From Malacoraja senta (Eukaryota), in contig JAXLNO010000384.1 in assembly GCA_038087875.1 (NCBI GenBank), positions 1 to 64,000 on the forward strand: 64,000 nucleotides of DNA. Direction: 5' to 3'. The notes beneath the pieces were generated by a model that did no database searches, was not told the DNA's origin, and saw only the letters and a list, made by a program, of their open reading frames with translations. The translations under genes were made by a program, and so were the position numbers. Shown in pieces: positions 10,694 through 25,277 of this stretch. Within the stretch, counting starts at the first letter, position 1, and each line of letters opens with the position of its first letter.

Positions 10694-13036
10694 ACTAGAG
10701 ATAAACAATCCAACATGTTTAGGGTTCTTTTAGGTTAAAGGTAATAGCCCTCATTTGCAAAGGCACCATCGGGGGGGGGGGTCTCTAACATAAATATAAG
10801 CTCATTGTAGCTTTAAATTAATACTCATCGAGTAAACATCAGAGCATTCGATTCTTGGCCAGGATGTGACATTAACATCAGAAATAAGACAGATCTCTTA
10901 CAGGTCTGTCCCCCAGCCTGGCACTGCCCCAGTCCCACTATGGCTGTTACCCCCACTCTCCCACTATGGTAGTCAGCGGGTTTCAGTAAATGGGGAAACC
11001 TAGAGGATCTGTCCTGACCCTTTAATTAGGCAGGTTCATGAGCCCATAAAACCTGGGACCTCTGCTGCAGTCTCATTAAATTTCCTACTAAAGCGACTGG
11101 AAGATGCCTTGCAGGACTGTCCCCCAGCCTGGCGCTGCCCCAGACCCACTATGGCTGTGACCCCCACTCTCCCCACTATGGCAGTCAGTGGGGTTCAATA
11201 AATGGGGGAACCCAGAGGATCTGTCCTGACCATTTAATTAGGCTGGTTCAGGAGCAGGACCTTTGCGACAGTGCCATTAAAAAAACACTCACAATTATAT
11301 TCATCATATTATTTTTACATAATATAATTATATTTAATTATATATGATTACAGTCATATTTACAAGTTTTATATATATATATATGTATAATATATAGTTT
11401 AAATGGACTGCAACACGGAAATAGGCTGCCCATGGTGTAATATGGGCATTGGCCACTAGATGGCGTTTACTTTCCCGATCTCATTTTCTAATTAGTTTAA
11501 TTAATTAATGTGCAGCTTTTGGCAATGACGAGTTATAACATCATTCTCACTTATATTTCATCTAAATCTATGGAAAATTTCATGTAGTTTGGTGACGGGT
11601 CACGGATACTGATTTCTAGACACATTTTTGATGCTCGGCCCACAGCCTAAAGTGAGAAGGAAGTTATAACTCATCAGTTATAACTCGTCATATATATATG
11701 ATGTAAATATGACTGTAATCATATATAATTAAGTATAATTATATTATATAAAAATAATATAATGAATATAATTGTGAGTGTTTTTTGAATGAGACTGTTC
11801 CAGAGGTCTGGCTCCTGAACCAGCCTAATTAATGGGTGAGGGCAGTTCTTGTGGGTTCCTCCCTTTACTGAACCCCACTGACTGCCAGTGTGCAGAGTGG
11901 GGGTCATGGCCATAGTGGGACTGGGGCAGCGCCAGACTGGGGGACAGACCTGCAAGGCATCTTCCAGTCACTTTAATAGGAAAATGAATGAGACTGCCGC
12001 AGAGGTCCCAGGTTTTAAGGGCTCATGAACCTGCCTAATTAAAGGGTCAGGACAGATCCTCTGGGATCCCCATTTACTAAACCCCACTGACTGCCATAGT
12101 GGGAGAGTGGGGGTCATGGCCATAGTGGGACTGGGGCAGTGCCAGGCTGGGGGACAGTCCTGTAAGAGACCTGTCTTATTTCTGATGTAAATGTCACATC
12201 CTGACCAAGAATCGAATGCTCTGATGTTTACTCGATGAGTATTCTTTTTATGCTACAATGAGCCTATATTTATGTTAGAGGACCCACCCCCACCCCCTCC
12301 CCACCATGGTGCCTTTGCAAATGAGGGCTATTAGCTTTAACCTAAAAGAACCCTAAAAGGGTTGCATTGTTTGAGTATCTGTAGTTCTGTAGTTTGTGTG
12401 TGTGTGTCTGTGTATACCTGTCAAACGTGTATCTGTAGATGTGTGGATGTAAATGTGTGGAAGTATGTGTGGATGTATGTGTGGATGTGTGTGTGTGTGT
12501 GTGGTTGTATATGTGTGGATGGATGTGTGCAGGTATGTGCGCGCGGATGGATGTGGATGTGTGTGTGTGTGCGGATGTGTGTGTGGATGCGTGGATGTAT
12601 GTGTGCATGTTTGTGTGTGTGCATGCATGGAAGTGTGCGTACGGATGGATGTGTGTGTGCGTATGTGTGTGTATGTATGTATGTGTGGATGGGTGGGTGG
12701 ACTGTTGCACTGTCATTCACCAGCACGCCATTATCATAAGATATTCACTCATTGTTTAAATAAATTGATCAAATAAACAGTGAAATGATCGACATTAAAA
12801 TAAAACTTTATATAATCATTTATTTCCCCAATTTATTTGTTTATAATACCTCTGATCTTCATCTGAATATTCTTCATCAGATTCCAAGTCTTTTGCAGTA
12901 ATAGAGTTTCTGCAGTCAACATACTGACATAAATCTGTACATGGCTCACCATGCTGTTGACATGAGCATCTTCCTTCCCTGTACTTGATTTCTCACAGTT
13001 TGTTTTCTTGCATGAACAGTATGTTAATTTTACTTC

Positions 13037-14600
13037 GGAGTCACGTGAGTGACTACGTGAAGAAGCCCCGTCCAGCCGCACACGCGTCATTATCGATCAG
13101 ACGCATAGCGTTCATGACCGTGTGTGGAGGAGCAGGAGCTCCTCCAGCCGGTGAGTAAAACAAAAGTAAAACAAAAGTCGGAAGGTAAGTGGAGTTACTT
13201 TTCACTTACAGGAGCGTTTCCTTCCCGTTTAGACTTGTTGGTGGAGCTCCACTCAAGTTTATTATGGAGAAATGGGAAGGAGAGGCGGCCAGGGACGCAC
13301 CGTAGTAAAACCCCAGATCCTAAGGGTAGCGGGCGTCAGTCAGGGGAGTCAGTGGCAGCGAAGCCATTAGCTCCCGTTGTGGTCGAATGTGCGTTAAACC
13401 GCCGCGGGCGGGCGCAAGGCTGAGAAAAAAAACAAAAACAAAAAAACGGCCCGACCTGTAGACTCGGATGAGTCAGACCCGGAGGTATGCCCTCCTCAGG
13501 CAGGAAAGAGTATTACACTGCAAGGGTCAAAAATGTTTTAACTCCTTATGGGGCAGATGATTTGTAAAGAACCCCCACAGGAGGATTTAAGTCGGTGTTG
13601 GCCAATGAAGTATAGCACAGGAGGTGCCTTGGAACAGGCACAAGGGTGGCCTACAGGAGAGCCATCAGTGCCTGTGCAGAAACATTAAAGAGGTTGGCCT
13701 ACAGGAGAGCCAGTGCCCAAAAATGCCAGAAAAAAGGCAAGTTATGTGTTGGCCTATTGGAGAGCCAGTACTAGAAATGCCTGAACAAAAGGCAGCACAA
13801 ACGTGCAATGATAAATGTGCCAGCACCGACAAATATAAAGAGTAAAAATAATGAAGCGTTAGCCTAGAATTGAGCCTGAGCCAGCGCCAGCAGCACCTGA
13901 AGCAGGGCTGCCTGTCCGTGGGCCTACAAGAGAGCCCGCGCAGGGGGAATCTGGCAGAGACTTACCTGAAACAGGGGAGCCAGCAATTACCCAACATAAA
14001 AATGAATATCTAGATTTAGATGATGATTTAAATGAGGACCAGAGCCCATTATCAGAGCCAAAAATGTTCCAAGGCTGGCACAAAACTTTGCTGCTCCCAG
14101 AGTAACAGGGGAACCTTTGAGAGAGGAAATAGCTATGACTATAAATTATCTACTCTCCCATCAGCCCAGGAATGAACCATGGATGAGACTATCAACAAAT
14201 ATGAGACCCGGGAAATTGTAGCAGTTACAGCAGTGAATAAACTTGATATGGGTAATTTGAGCAGTGGTTTACGCTCACAAGAATTGAAATTACACAAGTG
14301 CTGAAATTTCTGGGGTCAGTGATTTGGATGAAGGTTATATATCGTATTCACAACAAAATGTAGCACTCATGTGTAGTGTGCACTTTGAAATAAATTGTAT
14401 TCATAAAAATGCAATAAGACCAAATATTCATCCTAAGTATGCAGGCTCTGCAAACCATGCAATATACAAATGCCTAAATCTGTTTTGGAGAAAATCTAGC
14501 AAAGAAACTAAAGGATCACCTATGCTGAGCAGAGTGGTGAGAAGGCAGTATCCCTACATGCGAAATGTGGTGCTGGAGAAGGAACAATCCTATCATTCTC
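13037..14600 (+). mobile_element. DIRS-like retrotransposon 5' fragment (decayed)
   Basis: Starts GGAGTCACGTGAGTGACTACGTGAAG, truncating the Academ remnant. 14130-14310 gives frameshifted DETINKYE.PGNC...VNKLIWGNL...RSQELKLHK, resembling DIRS ORF1. Confidence 0.55.
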
Positions 14601-15201
14601 GTATACACGTTGACGTGCTGCACCGAGGATACGTGGAGGTTACAATGTGCCTACTAGAAGGGGACAAGAACTGCCGGTGGCAAACCCCGAGGTTAGGGGG
14701 CTTGGTCTGGTAAGAGGGTGGTTTGGGTGGGAAAGGATGAGGTAATTACGGAGGAAATGGTCGCTGTGGAAAGCAGAAAGGGGTGGAGATGGGAAGATAT
14801 GGCCAGTAGTGGAATCGCTTTGGAGGTGGTTCCCCCTCCTCCCCCCTCTCTTAACGTCCCGAGTCCCCCTTGTACTCACCTTCCACCCCATCAGCCGTCA
14901 CATACAGCATATAGATGCGGTGGGCCGAGCATCGAAAATGTATCTAGAATTTAACTTTCGTGACCCATGTCTCGGAACTACATTAAATTTTGCACAAATT
15001 TAGATAAAATATAATTGAGAAGAAAGTCATAACTCGTCAGTGCCAAAAGTTGCCACATTATTTAATCAAACTAATTAGAAAATGTGATCAAAAAAGTAAG
15101 TGCCATCTAGTGTCCAATGCGCAAATTACACCATGGGGAGCCTAATTCCATGCTGCAGTCTCTTTAAACCATATATTCTTATACTATATATATATATATA
15201 T

Positions 15202-15494
15202 TGTTAGCCCTTAATGTCAATGCCCTGCCTGTGCTTGAAACTGCAATGCTTTATTAGGTCCGACTGTGTTTGGAAGGAATAAATGCATTTTTAGGTCTGA
15301 CTGTTCTTGTGACTTCCGCTTAGTGGACAGGTCGCGCTGATTGTGTAATGTTCGGTGAGTGTAGAGGTCGCGCTGATTGCGTAATTTCCAGTAAGTGCGG
15401 AGGTCACGCTGATTGCGGAAGTGCCAGACTGCAGAAGCCCCGAAGTGGTGAGGCCACGCTCAGCCGTGTGAGTATTCAAGAAAGTTTACTGCCA
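15202..15494. mobile_element. Candidate solo LTR inserted in (TA)n
   Basis: TG...CA ends, TATAT on both sides, three internal GGTC(G/A)CGCTGATTG repeats and a polyA signal. Confidence 0.45.
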
Positions 15495-15499
15495 TATAT

Positions 15500-15727
15500 A
15501 TGGTGTGTGTCAGTGAGTGTGTATGTATGTGTTTGTGTGTACGTGTGTGTGAATGTGTGTGTGTGTGTGTGTCTGTGTGAGTGTGTTTGTGTGTGTCTGT
15601 GTCTGTGTGTATGTGTTTGTGAGTGTATGTGTGTGTGTATGTGTTTGTGAGTGTATTTGTGTGTTTGTGAGTGTATGTGTCTGTGTGTGAGTGTTTGTGT
15701 GTGAATGTGTGAATGAGTGAGTGAGTG
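15500..15727. repeat. (GT)n-rich microsatellite
   Basis: Visible. Confidence 0.95.
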
Positions 15728-16793
15728 GTCGCAGTGACTGAGCTGCCAGCCCAAGAATCCATTTGGCCCACAGTCCATACTAGCCCTCTGGAAATCAGTC
15801 CCTTCAGCCCACAACACCATGCTAGCACTCCAGCAAGGCCCCCCCCCACTGGCCAGCATTATTGGAATTGTTGGAGAGGTGGAATATTGCGTCGGGGGAC
15901 CAGCCCTGCCGTGTGAAGCTGGGACCCAATGGGTCCCACTTAGTCTAGTAACTTTATAAAGACAAATCAATTGAAAAACAAAATTATCAGCCAAGTTAGC
16001 AATACCTATATTCCTTGGAAACCTTGTTATTGTTTTGATGTAATTAGGAGGCAGCCATGATCCCAGGGTCCTAGCGACCATAAAACAAAGCGCAGGATTG
16101 GTCTATTTGCGTCCGACCTCAAAGTCAAACGTGCATTAATTGGACAATTACTACTCGGAAAAATTGAGGTTTTTCTCATATTTTAAAAAAATCTGCAGGT
16201 TTTGGTCTTGACGAGTTTCAGATATGATTTACATAATATTTATACACAATATGTTAAAAATTCAGATAGTTCCATGAGTTGGGTCACGAACTTGAACGAA
16301 AAAGCTCCTCCGCCCTCAGCCTAATAATCCTCCAACATTTTTGCCACCTCCAAAGGGATCACACTGCTGGCCATATCTTCCCATCTCCACCCCTTTTTGC
16401 TTTCCACAGAGACCGTTCCCTCCATTCCCTCCTCAGGCACTTTCCTCTGCTACCGCAGGAGATGCAAGACCTGTCCCTTTACCTTCTCGCCTCGACTCCA
16501 TCCAAATGACCCAAACAGTCTTTCCAGATGAGGCAGAGGTTCACTTGCACCTCCTCCAACCTCATCTACTGCACCCGCTGTTCCAGGTGTCAACTTCTCT
16601 ACATCGGCGAGACCAAGCATAGACTCGGCAATCAATCGCGGAACATCTCGGCTCAGTCCGTCTCAACCAAGCTGATCTCCCGGTAGCCCAGCACTTCAAC
16701 TCCTCCTCCCATTCCTAATCTGACCTTTCTGTCCTGGGCTTCCTCCATTGTCAGAGAGAGGCCCTGCACTAATTTGAGGAACAGCACCTCATA

Positions 16794-18866
<2,073 letters not shown>

Positions 18867-19839
18867 TATTTCACTTGGGTAGTTTACACCCCAACGGTAT
18901 GAACATTGACTTCTCTAACTTCAGATAGCCCTTGCTCTCTCTCTTCATTCCCCCCCCCCACCCCACACACCTTCTCAGTTCTGCCACTAGTTCCACTATC
19001 TCCGCCTACATTCTTTCTTTGTCCTATCCGCTCCCCTGACATCAGTCTGAAGAAGGGTCTCGACCCCTCTCCAAAGATGCTGTATTTTGTGTCTACCTTC
19101 GAATTTACCAGCCACTGCAGTTCTTTCAGAGTTCCCTTTAACACACCTAGGGTGCCATTCTTCCAATGCAAGCATGTCCCTGTCTCGCTGGTGCAGTTCA
19201 GTGACAGTGTCTGCAATACAGATTGTCTCCACAGTATCAGTACGCTTAATGCAGCCAGGTTCACGAGCAGAGCAGTCACCAAATGCAGCGCCGTAGCTGT
19301 CTGCTTACACACCAATGTCTTTCCAATTCAGCTGTGGCAACAGGTTCCATTGTGCTGCCTCTGTCCCTTCAATGCAGCAAGCTCACATGCATGCCGCTCA
19401 GGGCTGTGTCCAGTGCAGCTCTGCCCCTAGAGCAGCTCAGCGGGCAGTGACCGTTGAAGGTGGTGGCATTGCTCCCAATGTGCTCCAATGCAGCATGGTC
19501 ACTGGCACAGCAGCAATGCAGTCGGCACTCTACCATGCAGCATATTAATTTCCCTAAAGCAGCCCACATGCACCAATGTTATTCGGCGATTCACACTGCA
19601 GCTCCGCTGGAGCCACGCAGCCCAGTTGCACATTTGCCCCTACTGCTGCAGCCCAGCTGTGTCATCCATGGCCTGGGGCACGAGAGGCCAAGTCCTTGGG
19701 AGATGGATATGTACATAATTAGTAAAGACAAAAAAGATTACGGGGAGAGGGCAGAAGAATTCAGTTGAGAGGGGCCTAATTCTGCCCCTATGTCTTTATG
19801 TTCTGGAGGAGGCAGTTGAACTAGAAGATCTCGAACAAC

Positions 19840-21085
19840 TTAGGCGTGCAGTATCTCAGCCACGGAGCTGATCATGAAGACCATGCCGATCGTGCCGACC
19901 ATGATTATCATGCCGTTGAGCAGTCGCCGGTTGACGCGGCGGTGTACCACTGGCTGCTCGGGCATCTCGAGTGGAAGGAGGCGACCCTACGCCCATGCAC
20001 CCAGCAGCGGTAGATGCCGAGGTCGAAGGGCATCATGCTTTTGATTTGGTAGATGCCGCCGCCCGTGGCGTCGTCCAGCTGGTGGGTCCCTTTCCGGTTA
20101 CCACGTCGGGTGATGAAGAAGGAATCGCGCTGCCAGAGAACGGGCGTGTACACCGACGCTCCCGGGCATATCATCAGGGCGTTGCCGTGGACGTTGAGGT
20201 ATATCGACTCCAGTAGCAATGTGCAAGGCTCCATCCAGTCCAACGGTGCCTCCCGACCGCACAACCACCACCACCAATCGCCGATCTCCTGCAACAGATC
20301 GGCTACGATCAGCGCTGGTGTTTCCTCCTTCTCGCACGGCTCGCGGCACATCTGGTAGTGGAGCTCGGCACCGCGCTGGGGCAAGGACTGCCCAATGTGC
20401 AGCTCCATTAGGCCGCAGGGCAAGGTGGCGCCATTCACCTCCACCGTCCTCGTTCTCGTCGATCTCGCTTAGTTTGGCGTAGCAGAAGCACATCATCTTC
20501 TGCTCCCCCAATATATTGCATCGGTCACAGTCCTGCCATGGTCCCCAGCGGGTGTAGAGCTGGACCATGTGCCGGGAAGAGTTCAAGTTCACCCTCAGGC
20601 TCCGGCTTGACAAAATGATCTCTCCCAGCCCTCGGTGGGGACACGTGAAGCAGAGACGAGTCCTGCACATCCACCTGGTAGGCGGGCCAGGATGGAATCA
20701 GCTGACTTGCAGAGGTACAGGCCCGTGTCTGAGGTCCACGCCTCGTTCACGATCAAGGGACCCGCTCCTTAGATTGGCTCGGATTCCCAGTTCGCCCATC
20801 GTCCCGCCGTCTGCCCTCAAGTCCCAGGGTCCGATGAAGGTGCGGGGTTTGGCTTGAGGCTGGCTGAGGTCCTGGTACTGTCAGTATACGGAGCCTTCCG
20901 GTACTTCAGTTGCACCCGGGCAACGCAAGCTGAGTGGGTTTTCTGACAGAAGGCCAGGGAGCAGGGGGCTGTGCCCGAGCAGTTAGCGAAGTCGTCCTCC
21001 TGTTTCATGAAGTCGGGGGAAGCCGCCCATTAGAACCAGCAGGCCCAGAATCACAAGCCGTATCGTGTCTCTGTCGATGGTTCAT
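19840..21085 (-). pseudogene. FAM187B: FAM187B-like Ig-domain membrane protein pseudogene, apparently intronless
   Basis: Segments across frames: signal-like IRLVILGLLVLMGG; CSGTAPCSLAF; YTRWGPWQDCDRCNILGEQKMMCFCY; CPGASVYTPVLWQ...DLGIYRCWVHGRRVASF; TM MIIMVGTIGMVFMISSV then stop. Multiple frameshifts. Confidence 0.78.
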
Positions 21086-21296
21086 CCAGTTGACTGTGGG
21101 CTGAAGCAGGGACGTAACTGTCATCACATCATTGCCTCCCCTGACCTCATCAATGGACCCATTGTGACTCCCCGTGAACTCATCAACGGACCCAAGTAAC
21201 CTCATCAATGGGCTGCCTTGTGACCTCAACAAGCCTTGAGTACCTACGAGCGGCTATTACCGTAATTCTCCGAGTTCGACTCGGGGAAACTCGGCA

Positions 21297-22970
21297 GAGA
21301 ATTCCACAGATTCACCACCTCTCTATGTGAAAAAAGTTTTTCTCATCTCGGTCCTAAAAGACTTCCCCCTTATACTTAAACTGTGACCCCGTGTTCTGGA
21401 CTTCCCCAACATCGGGAACAATCTTCCTGCATCTAGCCTGTCCAACCCCTTAAGAATTTTGTAAGTTTCTATAAGATATCCCCTCAATCTTATAAATTCT
21501 AGCGAGTACAAGCCGAGTCTATCCAGTCTTTCTTCATATGAAAGTCCTGCCATCCCAGGAATCAGTCTGGTGAACCTTCTCTGTATTCCCTCTATGGCAA
21601 GAATGTCTTTCTCAGATTTGGAGACAAAACTGTACGCAATATTCCAGGTGTTGTCTCACCAAGACCCTGTCCAACTGCAGTAGAACCTCCCTGCTCTTAT
21701 ACTCAAATCCTTTTGCCATGAATGCTAACATACCATTCGCTTTCTTCACTGCCTGCTGCACCTGCATGCCTACTTTCAATGACTGGTGTACATGACACCC
21801 AGGTCTCGTTGCATCTCCCCTTTTCCTAATCGGCCACCATTCAGATAATAGTCTACTTTCCTGTTTTTGCCACCAAAGTGGATAACCTCACATTAATCCA
21901 CATTATACTGCATCTGCCATGCATTTGCCCACTCACCAGCCTATCCAAGTCATCTTGCAGCCTCCTAGCACCTCCTCACAGCTAACACTGCCCCCCAGCT
22001 TTGTGTCATCCACAAACTTGGAGATGTTGCATTTCAATTCCGTCGTCCAAATCATTAATATATATTGTAAATAGCTGGGGTCCCAGCTCTGAGCCTTGCG
22101 GTACCCCACTAGTCACTGCCTGCCATTCTGAAAAGGACCCGTTTACTCCTAGTCTTTGCTTCCTGTCTGCCAGCCAGTTCTCTATCCACATCAATACTGA
22201 ACCCCCAATACCGTGTGCTTTAAGTTTGCATACTAATCTCTTATGTGGGACATTGTCGAAAGCCTTCTGAAAGTCCAGATATAACACATCCACTGGTTCT
22301 CCCTTATCCACTCTACTAGTTACATCCTCGAAGAATTCTACAAGATTCGTCAGACATGATTTACCTTTCATAAATCCATGCTGACTTTGTCCAATGATTT
22401 CACCATTTTCCAAATGTGCTGCTATCCCATCTTTAATAACTGACTCTAGCAGTTTCCCCACTACCGATGTTAGACTAACTGGTCTGTAATTCCCCGTTTT
22501 CTCTCTCCCTCCCTTTTTAAAAAGTGGGGTTACATTAGCTACCCTCCAATCCTCACGAACTACTCCAGAATCTAAAGAGTTTTGAAAAATTATCACTAAT
22601 GCATCCACTATTTCTGGGGCTACTTCCTTAAGTACTCTAGGATGCAGCCTATCTGGCCCTGGGGATTTATCGGCCTTTAATCCATTCAATTTACCTAACA
22701 CCACTTCCCGGCTAACCTGGATTTCACTCAGTTCCTCCATCTCATTTGACCCCCGGTCCCCTGCTATTTCCGGCAGATTAATTAAGTCATCCTTAGTGAA
22801 GACAGAACCAAAGTAGTTATTCAATTGGTCTGCCATGTCCTTGTTCCCCATGATCAATTCACTTGTTTCTGACTGCAAGGGACCTACATTTGTTTTAACT
22901 TATCATTTTCTCTTCACATAACTATAAAAACTTTTGCAGCCAGTTTTCTTTCATAATCTATTTTCCCTGT
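21297..22970 (-). mobile_element. CR1 LINE ORF2 fragment
   Basis: ORF 22006-22878 with [24 protein letters not shown] and GVPQGS RT motifs. Confidence 0.95.
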
Positions 22971-23100
22971 GAGTACAGGAGCAGGGAGGTTCACCTGGAG
23001 ATTGAGCGGTACCGTTCATCAAGCCCTTTGACCCGGTGACCTTACGAGCATACCCCCTATAACTCCAGATGTGGTCTCACCAGCGTCCCCGCCCCGCTAC

Positions 23101-23188
23101 CTTGGTGCTGGGGGTGAAGCGCTGCCGCCCGCCGGGGTTATGGCCGCCGTGGATGATGCGTTTGACCACCCAGTCCATGTCCGACAGA
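23101..23188 (-). pseudogene. AIP: AIP exon 1, 3' fragment
   Basis: [27 protein letters not shown]|gtagcg; homologous to 58879-58998. Confidence 0.75.
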
Positions 23189-23268
23189 TTTGCAGATGAC
23201 ACAAAGCTGGGTGGCAGTGTGAACTGTGAGGAGGATGTTATGAGTGGGGGTACGGGGGGATTCCCTAC

Positions 23269-23448
23269 CTGCGTGTCACAGGTGAACTCGGCCACCTCCC
23301 CTTCACACATGGAGCTGGCGACCGTCTCCCACACGGGCAGCTTGAACTTCTTGCCGATGATCAGCTCCATGGGTTTGCCGTTGGTCCGGCGGTCGTCGAT
23401 GAGCATCCGCTCTGGCTCACAGCGCTGGGTCTTGTAGTGGAACGTGGC
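23269..23448 (-). pseudogene. AIP: AIP (aryl hydrocarbon receptor-interacting protein) exon 2 copy
   Basis: 180-nt exon with intact [83 protein letters not shown] is the AIP PPIase-like signature. No downstream exons seen. Confidence 0.88.
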
Positions 23449-23554
23449 CTGTGTGGGGGGGTGAGAGGTCACAGGTCAGTGGTCACTGCATCCTCGTCGA
23501 ATCAGGGAGGTCGGGAGCGGGATGTCCCTCTAAAACATGGACATTAGGATGCCA

Positions 23555-24435
23555 TTCATTATGATCAGGGCTGATCTTCCCCCATCAATAACCCGTGCCT
23601 GCCTTCTCCCCATATCCTTTGACTCCACTAGCCCCTAGAGCTCTATCTAACTCTCTCTTAAATCCATCCAGTGACTTGGCCTCCACTGCCCTCTGTGGCA
23701 GGGAATTCCACAAATTCACAACTCTCTGGGTGAAAGGTTTTTTTCTCACCGCAGTCTTAAATGACCTCCCCTTTATTCTAAGACTGTGGCCACTGGTTCT
23801 GGACTCGCCCAACATTGGGAACATTTTTCCTGCATTTAGCTTGTCCAGTCCTTTTATAATTTTACATGTTTCTTTTTGTATGTAAAAACCCACTTGAGAA
23901 CCATGGGCGATTTTAAAATTTTCGGGACGACAGATGGCGCAATGGGCTAAGTGTTCGGCTGGCAACCGGAAGGTAGCCGGTTCGAATCCCGCTTGGAGTG
24001 CATACTGTCGTTGTGTCCTTGGGCAAGACACTTCACCCACCTATGCCTGCGTGTGAATGTGTGTGAATGTGTGTGAGTAATTGGTGGTGGTCGGAGGGGC
24101 CATAGGCGCAGATTAGCAGCCACGCTTCCGTCAGTCTGCCCCAGGGCAGCTGTGGCTACAGAAGTAGCTCACCACCACCGAGTGTGACTGAGGAGTGAAT
24201 GAATAATGCGATGTAAAGCGCCTTGAGTATTAGAAAGGCGCTATATAAATCCCATCCATTATTATCATTATTACCCCTCATCCTTCTAAACATCAGTGAA
24301 TACAAGCCTAGTCTTTTCAATCTTTCCTCATATGACAGTCCCGCCATCCCAGGGATCAATCTCGTGAACCTACGCTGCACTGCCTCAATCACAAGGATGT
24401 CCTTCCTCAAATTAGGAGACCAAAACTGTACACTA
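23555..24435 (-). mobile_element. CR1 3' fragment (23555-23865 and 24275-24435), interrupted
   Basis: KIIKGLDKLNAGKMFPMLGESRTSGHSLRIKG and VQFWSPNLRKDILVIEAVQRRF. Confidence 0.85.
23924..24272 (+). mobile_element. tRNA-derived SINE
   Basis: A box TGGCGCAATGG, B box GGTTCGAATCCC, central GTGTCCTTGGGCAAGACACTT, 3' stem-loop AGCGCCTTGAG...AAGGCGCT and (ATT)n tail. Confidence 0.85.
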
Positions 24436-25265
24436 TAGGGAGGTTGCACGGCAGTCGGGTCACGACCCATGACCCGTACTTTTGCTATGCTACGCCAAAT
24501 GGAGTACAAGCGATGAACTGCAGGTAAGCACTGACCATTGTTTCCAGCATAGCGGGCCCGTTAAAACCCGCCGAAATGGTAAATTTTTGCACTGTAAATA
24601 ATTATGGAAATCGGGATAAGTGTGAGTGACATTTACCCTACTTCAGAATTCCAAAAGTGAGGAGAAATGACGGTAGATAGAAGCGAGAGGTGAAGGGACA
24701 ACAACAGCTAAAGTGCTTGGTGAACATTGGCCGTTTGCTCACTGCATTTCATCAACTAAGGAATTATTTGTGTTTTTTCTTGATTCCTTTGGCAAATAAA
24801 AGTTTCACAAGTGAAAAATCTGGCTGTAAAATTGTAAAATCGCCCATGGTTCTCAAGTGGGTTTTTACATAAAAAAGAAAACGCATCTGAAGCAAAATTT
24901 ACAGCCAGATTTATCACTTCTGAAACTTTTTAGATACCAAAGGATTCAAGAAAAAACACAAATAATGCCTTACTGTTGATGAAATGCAGTGAGCAAACAC
25001 GATAATTCCCAATATTTTCAATCTCAATATCTGCACGGTCAATGTTCGCCAAGTACATTAGCTGTTGTTGTTCCTACAGCTCTCGCTTCTCTTTACCTTC
25101 ATCTCGCTTCACTTTTGGAATTCTGAAGTTGGGTACATGTCTCTCACACTTACCCCGACTTCCACAATTATTTAAAGTGCAAAAATTCAACATTTTGGTG
25201 TTTTTAACAGGTAGGAAAGTACACGTTTCGTGTATCAATAACATATACCGCAAGCTGCGATGTCC
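24436..25265. mobile_element. DNA-transposon-like fragments in inverted arrangement
   Basis: About 24560-24830 is the reverse complement of about 24896-25215; 24828-24885 is the reverse complement of 23863-23922. Confidence 0.5.
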
Positions 25266-25277
25266 TCCAGATGGATT

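Larger units (their letters stand above)
2032..11649 (+). mobile_element. Inner Academ-like non-autonomous transposon, hosting ERV-A
   Basis: Inverted termini TAGGCTGTGGGCCGAGCA (2032) and TGCTCGGCCCACAGCCTA (ending 11649). Flanks AAT/AAG form an imperfect 3-bp TSD. 10250-11370 is an inverted homolog of 11690-12900. Confidence 0.7.
1930..13036 (-). mobile_element. Outer Academ-like DNA transposon remnant (1930-2031 plus 11650-13036)
   Basis: Terminus TAGGCTGTGGGCCGAGCA at 1930; its TIR sequence resumes at 11650. Minus strand 12850-13035 gives frameshifted LTYCSCKKTNC...RCSCQQHGEPCTDLCQYVDCRN plus an acidic tail, like the Cys-rich C-terminus of Academ transposases. Confidence 0.65.
14912..16323 (-). 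mobile_element. Third, more diverged Academ-like non-autonomous copy
   Basis: Left end TAGATGCGGTGGGCCGAGCATC matches the 1930/11649-type TIR. Right end CTCAGCCTA matches the reverse of 2032-2240. 3-bp TSD ATA. Confidence 0.7.

Noticed and set aside
10384..12776. Cys/Val- and His/Thr-rich ORFs (also 15348-15849 and 34381-34980)
   Set aside because: Translations of microsatellites.
23269..23448. AIPL1 instead of AIP
   Set aside because: [18 protein letters not shown] matches AIP; AIPL1 differs in this motif.
23924..24000. tRNA gene
   Set aside because: A and B boxes continue into a SINE body and tail.
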